Assembly: GCA_963674705.1 (NCBI GenBank)
Contig: OY771506.1
Span: 2,976,001-3,040,000, forward strand
DNA length: 64,000 nt
Direction: 5' to 3'
Source of the DNA: Phycisphaeraceae bacterium
GTDB taxonomy: Bacteria > Planctomycetota > Phycisphaerae > Phycisphaerales > Phycisphaeraceae
The translations under genes and the position numbers were made by a program. This document shows positions 20,296-29,180 of this stretch, one piece after another (the first letter of the stretch is position 1; each line of letters begins with the position of its first letter). Under the pieces are notes generated by a model that saw nothing but the letters and a program-made list of their open reading frames with translations, made no database searches and was not told the origin of the DNA.

Positions 20296-20723
20296 TGTTT
20301 TATCTCCAATCAGGATCAAATGGTTAGCTGAACTCATTAAAGAGAACGTTAACTCTTATGCATCAAAGAGTTGTGTTGGTTTTGGGAGTGTAGGCAGGGG
20401 GATAGGGCTGGTCAATCTCACCCGGATCCGCCCGGCATGGGTGTGCATAAAGCACGTAAATATCTTTCATTAATTCATTTACGTTTAATGTCTGAGGAGA
20501 ATTGTAGGCATTTATTGTCAGTAAAGCCATCAATCCGCACAAAAAAAGTACGGAATTTGTTGGAAATGTTCTAAATACTTGAACCAAAATCGGACCTTCG
20601 TGCGTATATATGGGTAAGAACCACGACCACCGCTGTATACCAAACCAATCAGCGGCAGCATCAGGGCCCATCACAGGAAGACGGAGCCCGGTCGATCCAG
20701 GGGTTTGAAAAGTGAGGCGCACC

Positions 20724-21728
20724 ATGATGGAACTGACGCGTCCGGATTCACCATTAGCGCGAGCCAATGGCCGGCAGCGGGTCAAACTGACCCCCTCCAC
20801 AAGAGCACTCAGTAAGGAAGACCAGGCACGGGTCCACCGTGTACTCCATGAGAAGTACGAGTACGTGGACAACGAGTTGTTTCAACTGCCCGACGATGAA
20901 GCGATCGAGCAGATCATGATCCAGCCCGAGGCTATCCCGCGCCCGGATACAAGCTGGTATCAGCCGGTGATGAGTAGCTCAATCAGCACGGATTACAACC
21001 GAAACGTCGGCTCCGTCCTTCTGACTGCCGCCCAAGAACGTGTAATCTTCCTGCAGTACAATTACTGCCGGTTCCGCGTCTGCCTTCTGCGTGACGACCT
21101 GCTCTCCGAGCCCACGATCAACCCCGATCAGGCCCGCGAGATGCTCGCTTGGGACACCAAAGCCGGCGAACTGCGCGATCAGATCGCACAGATCAACCTC
21201 GCGCTCGTACTGGCCATGGCTAAGCGCACCCGCATGAGCGAGATGGACTTCGGCGACATGGTCAGCGAAGGGAATATGGCCCTGCTCCGCGCCATCGACA
21301 AGTTCGATGCCGGCCGAGGTTTCAAGTTCTCGACCTACGCCTGCCGCGCCATCCTCAAAGCTTTCAGCCGCGCCGGCGTGAAACTCAGCAAGTATCGGGG
21401 CCTGTTCCCGACGGACTTCGACACGGACATGGAACGCTCGGACTACTACGAAACCAAGCGTTCCGAACACGAATTGGACTGCGCCGACGAAGTTAAGATC
21501 ATTGTTACAAACAACATCGCCGACCTGACCGACATCGAGCGCGAGGTGATCGAGCACCGGTTCAATATCAGCAAGCCGCGCCCGGAAGGCACGCAGCCCG
21601 AACACAAACCGCTGACGCTCGAACAGGTCGGCAAAGTGATCGGCGTCACCAAGGAACGCGTCCGCCAGATCCAGAACAAGGCTCTGGAAAAGATCCGCTT
21701 AACTTTGGAAGAAGGTTATCTGGCGTAG
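20724..21728 (+). CDS. Sigma-70 family RNA polymerase sigma factor (alternative, RpoD-like regions 2 and 4)
   Basis: NLALVLAMAKR, DMVSEGNMALLRAIDKFD..RGFKFSTYA, TLEQVGKVIGVTKERVRQIQNKAL. Confidence 0.9.
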   Translation: MMELTRPDSPLARANGRQRVKLTPSTRALSKEDQARVHRVLHEKYEYVDNELFQLPDDEAIEQIMIQPEAIPRPDTSWYQPVMSSSISTDYNRNVGSVLLTAAQERVIFLQYNYCRFRVCLLRDDLLSEPTINPDQAREMLAWDTKAGELRDQIAQINLALVLAMAKRTRMSEMDFGDMVSEGNMALLRAIDKFDAGRGFKFSTYACRAILKAFSRAGVKLSKYRGLFPTDFDTDMERSDYYETKRSEHELDCADEVKIIVTNNIADLTDIEREVIEHRFNISKPRPEGTQPEHKPLTLEQVGKVIGVTKERVRQIQNKALEKIRLTLEEGYLA

Positions 21729-21752
21729 GAAGCTGGTAGACGTTAGCACACA

Positions 21753-21904
21753 GCCCGCATTGGGTCGCAATGCGGCTAGTAAAGAAGCTGTTAACCATTA
21801 GTTCAAAGAAGAAAACCCTCGACTCAACGCCGAGGGTTTTTTCATACACCTGTTGTGTTCTGTCTACCCACTCTTTATCAGCCGCATTGCGACGCAATGC
21901 GGGC
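21753..21904. repeat. REP-like inverted pair enclosing an intrinsic terminator (21812-21842)
   Basis: GCCCGCATTGGGTCGCAATGCGGCTAGTAAAG ... AAAACCCTCG..CGAGGGTTTTT ... CTTTATCAGCCGCATTGCGACGCAATGCGGGC. Confidence 0.75.
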
Positions 21905-22124
21905 GTTTTCAGTAAAACAGCTTGTCGATCAAGGTCCGAAGCATATTAAATCCCAAGGCATCTTTTTATTGCCTGATTTACTGACAATATTCAACATGAA
22001 ATATTCTTCTTCATCTTGACCTCATGTTCAGTTTGTAACGTACAAGCGATAATTACGTTTAGTCTTCACCTACTTCATACGACGCGCAGCAGACGAAAGC
22101 TGCATAACCGGAGATCACTCCGTA

Positions 22125-23543
22125 ATGACATGCTTCTCAAGGTTGTCGCGGCGTTTATTCGCTTGCTGTGTGATCCTCATACTGATTGGCCTGTCGCCCG
22201 GTCGTGGTGTTGCATCAGCGACAGACAACAATCCTACTACCGAACCATCTGCCATCTGGCTGACATGGGCGGGTGATCCTTGCACCACGATGGTGATTGC
22301 CTGGCTGACTGACAATGATACTCACATCGCGGACGATTTGGCCTACCACGCTTCAGACGCTCCGAATACGTCCTGGACCGTCATGAACGCAACGACGCAC
22401 CCGATGCCCGGCAATGCGTACATCATTCATACCGCCAGACTTTCCAACCTGACGCCCGATACAGACTATACATTCAGACTCAAAGAAGCCGGAAAATTCC
22501 ATCGGTTCCGCACCATGCCGATGCATCTGGATCGACCTGTGAAAATGGTGGATGAGGGGGACCTTGAAAACGATATGCATTTGCTCCTCCCGTTATGCGA
22601 GCAGGTAGGGCGGGCAGACCCGGACTTCATCGTCCTGGGCGGCGACATCGCGTATGCCAGCGGTCATCCGGAAAACGCTAAGCGCTGGGTCGATCTGCTC
22701 ACGCTCTTTACTCAGAAGTTCGTCAGTCCGGATGGTCGCCTGATCCCGATCGTCCCTGTCATTGGGAACCACGAAGTGGCGAACGGCGGATACGATCGGA
22801 CCAATGACGATGCGCCTTTCTTCTACAGCCTCTTCGCTTATCCAGGCGATCGTGGTTACGGCGTCCTGGACTTCGGGGATTACTTATCACTCATAACACT
22901 CGACTCCGGGCATACGCATCCGGTTGAAGGCGAACAGTCGGCCTGGCTCGAACGGACATTGGCAAGCCGGCAAGACATACCCAACCTGGCGGTGTCTTAT
23001 CACGTTCCCGCCTGGCCCTCCGCGAGGCCGTTCAACCTCTCGATCAGCGAACAGATCCGAAGTTCTTGGGTTCCACTGTTCGAATCTTTCCATGTCGATG
23101 CCTGCTACGAGCATCACGACCACGCATACAAACGAACGTACCCCATCCGCAACGGCAAGGCCGACCCGCATGGTGTGCTCTACTTCGGCGACGGTGGCTG
23201 CTCCGAGCCAAAGGGCCGTATCCCCAAACCACCCGGTTCAATGCTGACCGGCGGTCGATGGTACCTCGCCGAATCAGGTAGCGTGAATCACTTCCACTTA
23301 CTCACCATCGTTGGCAACACCCGGCTGCACCAGGCGATCGACATGAACGGCCAGTTGTTTGACCAGATCATGGTCACCGACGGTGCACCCATCATGATGT
23401 TGAACGTCCCCTATGCCGTGACATGGTGGCAACTGACAACATTGCTGCTGGCCGTGCTCTTGATCGCAATCGTTACCCCCAAGCTGATCAAACGCATCCG
23501 ACATGCAGTCCTAAGAAAGCCACCTGCCCCGGTCAGCGCATAA
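22125..23543 (+). CDS. Purple acid phosphatase-like metallophosphoesterase with FN3 domain, signal peptide and C-terminal TM anchor
   Basis: EGDL, GGDIAY, GNHE, YHVP and EHHDH metal-binding motifs. Confidence 0.88.
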   Translation: MTCFSRLSRRLFACCVILILIGLSPGRGVASATDNNPTTEPSAIWLTWAGDPCTTMVIAWLTDNDTHIADDLAYHASDAPNTSWTVMNATTHPMPGNAYIIHTARLSNLTPDTDYTFRLKEAGKFHRFRTMPMHLDRPVKMVDEGDLENDMHLLLPLCEQVGRADPDFIVLGGDIAYASGHPENAKRWVDLLTLFTQKFVSPDGRLIPIVPVIGNHEVANGGYDRTNDDAPFFYSLFAYPGDRGYGVLDFGDYLSLITLDSGHTHPVEGEQSAWLERTLASRQDIPNLAVSYHVPAWPSARPFNLSISEQIRSSWVPLFESFHVDACYEHHDHAYKRTYPIRNGKADPHGVLYFGDGGCSEPKGRIPKPPGSMLTGGRWYLAESGSVNHFHLLTIVGNTRLHQAIDMNGQLFDQIMVTDGAPIMMLNVPYAVTWWQLTTLLLAVLLIAIVTPKLIKRIRHAVLRKPPAPVSA

Positions 23544-23554
23544 CGTATATATAT

Positions 23555-23647
23555 AAAAACCCTCGGCTCCACACCGAGGGTTTTTTATGCGTATTTTGTA
23601 TTCTTTTCGTCTTCTCTTTACTAGCCGCATTGCAACGCAATGCGGGC
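23555..23647. terminator. Terminator + REP-like palindrome (degenerate direct copy of 21812-21904)
   Basis: AAAAACCCTCGG..CCGAGGGTTTTTT ... CTCTTTACTAGCCGCATTGCAACGCAATGCGGGC. Confidence 0.75.
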
Positions 23648-23672
23648 AGCACACCCTATGCCGTCAGCTTCA

Positions 23673-24644
23673 CTACAACCGACTGAATCGCGACAGCAAG
23701 TCCGTGATCTTCGGCTGCTGCGGATTAAGCCGAATACTCTTGCGCCACGCGTTCAGCGCTTCATCGCGGATATCCGTATTCGTTCGTCCGCCCTGGATGT
23801 ATTGTGTCATCTGACAGGCCCCCAGGCCGTTCAGCGTTGCGGTGTCTTCCGGATCGAGTGCGATCGCCTGGCGGTACTGGAATAGCGCTTCCTCAAACTG
23901 CCGCATCTTGAACTTCACGTAACCCAGCCGTTCGTACGCCGTCACCGACGGGCTGCGGCGGATCAGTGCTTCCAGCACGTTCATCGCCTGCTGAAGGTTC
24001 CCAAGGTGGATGTGGGCATCCGCCAAACCCAGCAGCACCGGGTCGGCCAGGTCGCCAAGCTCCGCCGCCTGACGGTACGTGTCTACTGCTTCCTCATACC
24101 GACCGAGCAGGTTGTATGTCGCTGCAAGGTTGCACCACGCCGCCTGGCTTTCCGGATCGAGCTTTGTCGCGATCTGCACGAACGTCAGCGCCTCGCCGGG
24201 CCGGCCCATCTGAAGGTACGTCGAGCCCAGCTCGCGGTTGACCTTGAAGTCATCCGGGTTCAAACGCCACGCCGTCTTGTACGCCTGTAACGCCTCGCGG
24301 AGTCGACCCAGCAACTGCTTCATCAGGCCAAGGCTGTAATGGGCCTCGAACTTGTTCGGCTCGACGATCGTCGCCCGCTCGTAAGCTCGGCTGGCAAGCT
24401 CGTAGTCCCCGCGCTGCTGGTAGATGCTACCCATCCCCATGTGGGCGTCAGCGATGTTCGGGTTCACTTCCAGCGCCAGGCCGAACTCCGCCAGCGCCGA
24501 GTCCAGCAGGCCCATCTGCTCGTAGGAGGCTGCGCTATCCATGTGGGCCGTGGCGCGTTCGTTCGTGGAACGCGTACGGTCAACCGCACAGCCGATGATC
24601 ATGACGGCCACAGCCGCCCCAGCAATCAGGTGTGTTAATCGCAT
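23673..24644 (-). CDS. Tetratricopeptide repeat lipoprotein
   Basis: Lipobox IIGC and multiple TPR motifs (AHMGMGSIY..GDY..A..AY.RA). Confidence 0.85.
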   Translation of the reverse strand: MRLTHLIAGAAVAVMIIGCAVDRTRSTNERATAHMDSAASYEQMGLLDSALAEFGLALEVNPNIADAHMGMGSIYQQRGDYELASRAYERATIVEPNKFEAHYSLGLMKQLLGRLREALQAYKTAWRLNPDDFKVNRELGSTYLQMGRPGEALTFVQIATKLDPESQAAWCNLAATYNLLGRYEEAVDTYRQAAELGDLADPVLLGLADAHIHLGNLQQAMNVLEALIRRSPSVTAYERLGYVKFKMRQFEEALFQYRQAIALDPEDTATLNGLGACQMTQYIQGGRTNTDIRDEALNAWRKSIRLNPQQPKITDLLSRFSRL

Positions 24645-24773
24645 GATGAAATATGATATCGGCTCTACACGCTCCGTGTTGAGAATTACAGGCATCTATA
24701 GGACGCGAACCTGCCTTCGCCATACAATCACCGGTTTATCCCGGATAATCCCCACCCATTTTTGGAACTTCCC

Positions 24774-26498
24774 ATGCGCGTCGCCCTGGCTCAGATCAAC
24801 CCAACCGTCGGTGATATCGAGGGCAACAGCCGGCTGGCTGTGGATGCGATCCGCCGCAGCCGCGAGCAGGGGGTCGAGCTGGTCATCTTTCCCGAGCTGT
24901 CGATCATCGGGTATCCGCCGAAGGACCTGCTTCTAAAGCCAGTTGTCATAGGGGCTTGCCGGAAAGCGTTGGAAGCGATCGCTGCCGAATGTAAAGGCAT
25001 CGCCGCTGTGGTTGGCCATCCGTGCCCGTCCGATAATCCGCGTGGCCGCCTGCTTTACAACGCCGCCACGCTCTGCTTCGACGGCAAGCCGCAACACCGC
25101 CGGGTCAAAAGCCTGCTGCCGACCTACGACGTCTTCGACGAGCACCGATACTTCGAGCCGGGTCCGGATGTGCAGATCACCGCGTTCAATAACCTCAAAC
25201 TCGGTATCAGCATCTGTGAAGACCTCTGGAACGACCGCCACGTCGTCTCCCGGCAGCTCTACCACGACAACCCGATCAACGAACTGGCTAAACGTGGGGC
25301 GGACCTGTTCATCAACTGCTCCGCCTCGCCGTTCACCATCGGCAAGCAGGCGTTCCGCATGGACCTGATCCGTAGCGCCGCCAAACGCCACAAACTCCCC
25401 GTCCTCTACTGCAACCAGGTCGGCGGCAACGATGAACTGGTATTCGATGGTGGTTCCTGCGTCGTCGACGCTAAAGGCGAAGTCATCGGTCAGGCTAAGG
25501 ATTTTGAAGAAGACTTATTGATCGTTGATGTGGCGGTAGGGCAGGGGGGCGGTAGCGGCAAAGCGCCCGCTCAACCGGCTCGCATGGAGTCGCTGCAAAC
25601 CGGGATCGCTTCAGCCTACCACGCGCTCGTGCTTGGTCTGCGTGACTACTGCCGAAAGTGTGGCTTCAAGTCCGTCGTGCTCGGGCTCAGCGGCGGGATC
25701 GACTCGGCCGTGTCCTGCGCCTTGGCTGTCGCAGCGCTAGGCAAGCAAAACGTGCGCGGCGTCACGATGCCCAGCCGATATTCCTCGTCCGGCTCCGAAT
25801 CCGATGCCGAAAAACTCGCCAATAACTTGCAGATCCAGTTCGACACGATCGCGATCGAACCCGCACACAACGCCTTCGAACAGATGCTCTCACAGGCCTT
25901 TGAAGGCACGGACCCCGGCGTCGCCGAGGAAAACATCCAGGCGCGCTCGCGCGGCGTCCTGCTCATGGCGATCAGCAATAAGTTCGGCTCCATGCTCGTC
26001 ACGACCGGCAACAAGAGCGAACTCGCCGTCGGCTACTGCACGCTCTACGGCGACATGGCCGGCGGCCTCGCCGTCCTCTCCGACGTGCCCAAAACCATGG
26101 TCTACGAACTCGCCAGGTGGATCAACGACGATCCCGAATCTCCCCTGCGCAAGCTCTACAACAAACCCGTCATCCCGATCGACTCCATCACCAAACCCCC
26201 CAGCGCCGAGCTGCGCGAAAACCAGACCGACCAGGATTCCCTGCCCGATTACGAAGTACTCGACGATATCATCGAACGCTTCGTTGAGGATGAACAATCC
26301 GCCCAAGAGATCATCGACCAGACCGGCTACGACCGCGACCTCGTCTTGAAAATGGTCCGCTTGATCGACCTGAACGAATACAAACGCAAACAAGCCGCCC
26401 CCGGTCTGAAAATCACCGGCCGCGCCTTTGGCTTCGGCCGTAGAATGCCCATCGCACAACGCTACCGCTGGGATAACGATGTGGATGGCGGGAAGTGA
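24774..26498 (+). CDS. nadE: Glutamine-dependent NAD+ synthetase
   Basis: Nitrilase domain (FPELS, ICEDLW) plus GLSGGIDSA, TGNKSE, PSAEL, EYKRKQA. Confidence 0.96.
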   Translation: MRVALAQINPTVGDIEGNSRLAVDAIRRSREQGVELVIFPELSIIGYPPKDLLLKPVVIGACRKALEAIAAECKGIAAVVGHPCPSDNPRGRLLYNAATLCFDGKPQHRRVKSLLPTYDVFDEHRYFEPGPDVQITAFNNLKLGISICEDLWNDRHVVSRQLYHDNPINELAKRGADLFINCSASPFTIGKQAFRMDLIRSAAKRHKLPVLYCNQVGGNDELVFDGGSCVVDAKGEVIGQAKDFEEDLLIVDVAVGQGGGSGKAPAQPARMESLQTGIASAYHALVLGLRDYCRKCGFKSVVLGLSGGIDSAVSCALAVAALGKQNVRGVTMPSRYSSSGSESDAEKLANNLQIQFDTIAIEPAHNAFEQMLSQAFEGTDPGVAEENIQARSRGVLLMAISNKFGSMLVTTGNKSELAVGYCTLYGDMAGGLAVLSDVPKTMVYELARWINDDPESPLRKLYNKPVIPIDSITKPPSAELRENQTDQDSLPDYEVLDDIIERFVEDEQSAQEIIDQTGYDRDLVLKMVRLIDLNEYKRKQAAPGLKITGRAFGFGRRMPIAQRYRWDNDVDGGK

Positions 26499-26500
26499 TT

Positions 26501-27013
26501 GGGTAGGGTGTGGGGATTGTATTTATGATTTAGGATTGATGATTTAGGATTTGTGCAAATGACGTTCCTGATTTTCTGATTTTCAGTTTTCTAAATTTCC
26601 CGCTTTTCCCCACCCAACGCCGGTCCTGAGCGTAGCGAAGGGGCGGGTATCTTCATGTTTAATGTTCGATGTTGAATGTTCAATCTGAAAACTGCACACA
26701 CAGACTGTTCAGTTTCAGTTTTCACGTTCAAGTGTGATGCAATTCTACCCCCTCTCCCCGCGGGAGAGGGCCGGGGTGAGGGCCTGGTTCCCTGTGTGAT
26801 CTGTGTTGTATTGTTTACACAATCAACCCGGCCCTCATCCTTGCCTTCTCCCAAGAGCAGAAGGGATGAACGTAATCAGAATCTGTAATGTTTGGGGAAT
26901 CAGTCGATGTTTCGTCGATACAACCCGGCACTTCGCTGCGCTCAGAACCGGCGTTGGAAAATATTAGCGATTAACGATTAGAAATTAGCGATTATCATCG
27001 CTACACCCCACAC
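26501..27013. repeat. Cluster of composite repeats: core copies B (26613-26647,+) and C (26924-26958,-), BoxC-like palindrome (26748-26782) and heptamer blocks
   Basis: Direct reading; lies between convergent nadE and yihY. Confidence 0.85.
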
Positions 27014-27014
27014 C

Positions 27015-28448
27015 CTATCCAATCACATCCGCCAGCGACTGCCCCTGTGCTTCGCGCATCTGGGCGGTGTGCAGTTGTGCGACGACGCTCGTGCCTGTCA
27101 GTGTTGCGCGGTTACGTTCGCGCATAGCGGCTTTTTCGGATAGGTCTAACAGTTCATCGATGCCGATGCTTTCAGGCGGTCTGGCGAGTGTGTAGGCGGG
27201 TACGCCCGGTTCGCCGTGCTCGACATGGTGGATGATTTTAGCCTGGGTCAGCATGTCGATGATGTTGGCGATCGCGCGGTTGGGCAAACCCGAGGCGGTT
27301 TGCAGCTCATTCATACGGATCGGTTCGCCCTTCTGGAAGCTGCGCCCGATCATCGCCGCAAGCGGGATCATCCAGCGCGGGTCGAACAGCACATCCCGGT
27401 CTTCGGAGTTGCGCAGGCTCTTGAAACGCCTGCCTTTCATGGATTGGATCGTGTAGGTGACTTCGACACCGAACAGGACGATCAACCATGTGAAGTACAA
27501 CCACAACAGGAACAACGGCAGCAGCGCCAGAGCGCCATACAACTTGGATGTCCCCAGGCCGCGCACGTAAATCTTGAAGACTTCGATCAACGCGATCCAG
27601 CCCACCGCCGCGACAAACGAGCCGATCGCCGAAGCCTTTGAACTGACTTTGGTGTTAGGCAGGAACCGGTAGAGCAATAGCAGCACCAACCACGTTGTTG
27701 CGAACGGCGTAAGCAGGGCGGTCAACTCACCCAGCCAGCCCACGCTCTGACCCGTTACGGTTGCAGCCTGCTCGATCCACCCGATGATCAAAGTCTGGGC
27801 GTACTGTCCCGCCAACACTAAAAGCGGTGCGAAGGTAATCGCTGTGTAATACAAAGGCAGCCTGACATACAACGGCCTGCCGTAAGGCGCATCGTAAATC
27901 CGGTTGAAGCTGTGTTCGATGGTTGATAACAGTTTTGTGGCGGCAAACAGGAAAAGGATCACACCCACAATACCGATGCTGCCGAAGCTGATATCTTCAA
28001 GTTTTGCGATCAGGTCCTGAATGTTCTGCGTTAATGCCAGGCGAGCGTTTTCAAATTCGGATTGTGCATCACCATCTGCGGGGCTGTATTCGCCAGGTGG
28101 CAACGGCCCCTGCCAATCTTCGGGCAGCTTGACCCTGTCACCTTCATCCGGTTGAATCCATTGAAGCGCAAAGTCGACAGCGTTCTGTTTCAGATCTTCT
28201 CGCTGTACCTCGCCGACAAACATCTTCATGACAACCAGCATCAGCACGATCGTCGGAAGCAGACTGAACAGCGTGTGATACGTCAGCGCCGCCGCCATTT
28301 CTCCCGCCCGGTCGACACGCAACTCACGCGCACAATACTTGCCCAGGTCCAGCATGTACCGCACCGAGCGCTGGGCGCGCGTCAGCTCCTCCATCGGCTG
28401 GGTCAGAAGCCGATGCGTCTTGTCTTGAATGTTATCGAGGAGTTTCAT
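27015..28448 (-). CDS. YihY/BrkB family membrane protein with C-terminal Rrf2-like winged helix
   Basis: AAALTYHTLFSLLP, IEHSFNRI, LYGALALLPLFLLWLY..W.IVLFG; C-terminal YTLARPPESI. Confidence 0.88.
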   Translation of the reverse strand: MKLLDNIQDKTHRLLTQPMEELTRAQRSVRYMLDLGKYCARELRVDRAGEMAAALTYHTLFSLLPTIVLMLVVMKMFVGEVQREDLKQNAVDFALQWIQPDEGDRVKLPEDWQGPLPPGEYSPADGDAQSEFENARLALTQNIQDLIAKLEDISFGSIGIVGVILFLFAATKLLSTIEHSFNRIYDAPYGRPLYVRLPLYYTAITFAPLLVLAGQYAQTLIIGWIEQAATVTGQSVGWLGELTALLTPFATTWLVLLLLYRFLPNTKVSSKASAIGSFVAAVGWIALIEVFKIYVRGLGTSKLYGALALLPLFLLWLYFTWLIVLFGVEVTYTIQSMKGRRFKSLRNSEDRDVLFDPRWMIPLAAMIGRSFQKGEPIRMNELQTASGLPNRAIANIIDMLTQAKIIHHVEHGEPGVPAYTLARPPESIGIDELLDLSEKAAMRERNRATLTGTSVVAQLHTAQMREAQGQSLADVIG

Positions 28449-28516
28449 GCCCAAATACTCAAGCAGTCACGCAGGATTGTCAATAGACGCAGCCAATTAT
28501 CCAACCGATTTATCGG

Positions 28517-28747
28517 TCAGGCCGGGTCATACCCTGAGCCGCCGAACGGGTTACACCTTGCGATACGCTTGATGCCGCGCCACGTGCCCCTGATCGGCCC
28601 ATACTTGCGGATCGCTTCGATCATGTACTGGCTGCACGTCGGCTGGAACCGGCAGTGCCCGCCCATGAAGTAACCCAGCGTGCCTCGGTAAACATATACC
28701 AGGGCGATCAGCAGACCGCTCAGGATGTGGCTGATCCATCGGATCAT
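28517..28747 (-). CDS. yidD: Membrane protein insertion efficiency factor
   Basis: CRFQPTCSQY...RIARCNPFGGSGYDP. Confidence 0.93.
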   Translation of the reverse strand: MIRWISHILSGLLIALVYVYRGTLGYFMGGHCRFQPTCSQYMIEAIRKYGPIRGTWRGIKRIARCNPFGGSGYDPA

Positions 28748-29160
28748 GATTCGCTTTTATCCTTTTCCGAACGTTCAGCACCCGAACGTTCAGCGCGGCG
28801 CTGCGCCAGCTCGTGTATCTGATCGAGCGCCTGGTATAGCTTAGCCCGGTATTCCGCCACGCTCAGCCTATCATGCGGCCGAACCACGACAACCAGATCG
28901 TAACCGACCGGCCCGTCATGTTGCCCTAACCGAAACGCCTCGCGCAGCCGTCGCTTGATCCCCGCTCGCACCACCGCCGTACCGACGCGCCTTGGCACGC
29001 TCAATCCAAACCGGTTGTAATCCAATCCGTTCGCACGTCCGCACACCGCGATCGGCCCCATCGACTTACGCATCTTCGCATCAAACACCGCTGCAAATGC
29101 GCGGTTGCCATGTAGCTTCTGGCGGTGTCGAAACAGGAATCGTTGTTGGTTTTCGCCCAT
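28744..29160 (-). CDS. rnpA: Ribonuclease P protein component
   Basis: RFGLSVPRRVGTAVVRAGIKRRLREAFR (RNR-like motif); overlaps yidD start. Confidence 0.88.
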   Translation of the reverse strand: MGENQQRFLFRHRQKLHGNRAFAAVFDAKMRKSMGPIAVCGRANGLDYNRFGLSVPRRVGTAVVRAGIKRRLREAFRLGQHDGPVGYDLVVVVRPHDRLSVAEYRAKLYQALDQIHELAQRRAERSGAERSEKDKSES

Positions 29161-29180
29161 CGAACTGACTCGCCGCGGGG

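Noticed and set aside
20363..20872. 169-aa minus-strand ORF
   Set aside because: Spans the AT-rich divergent promoter region and overlaps the sigma gene; no recognisable features.
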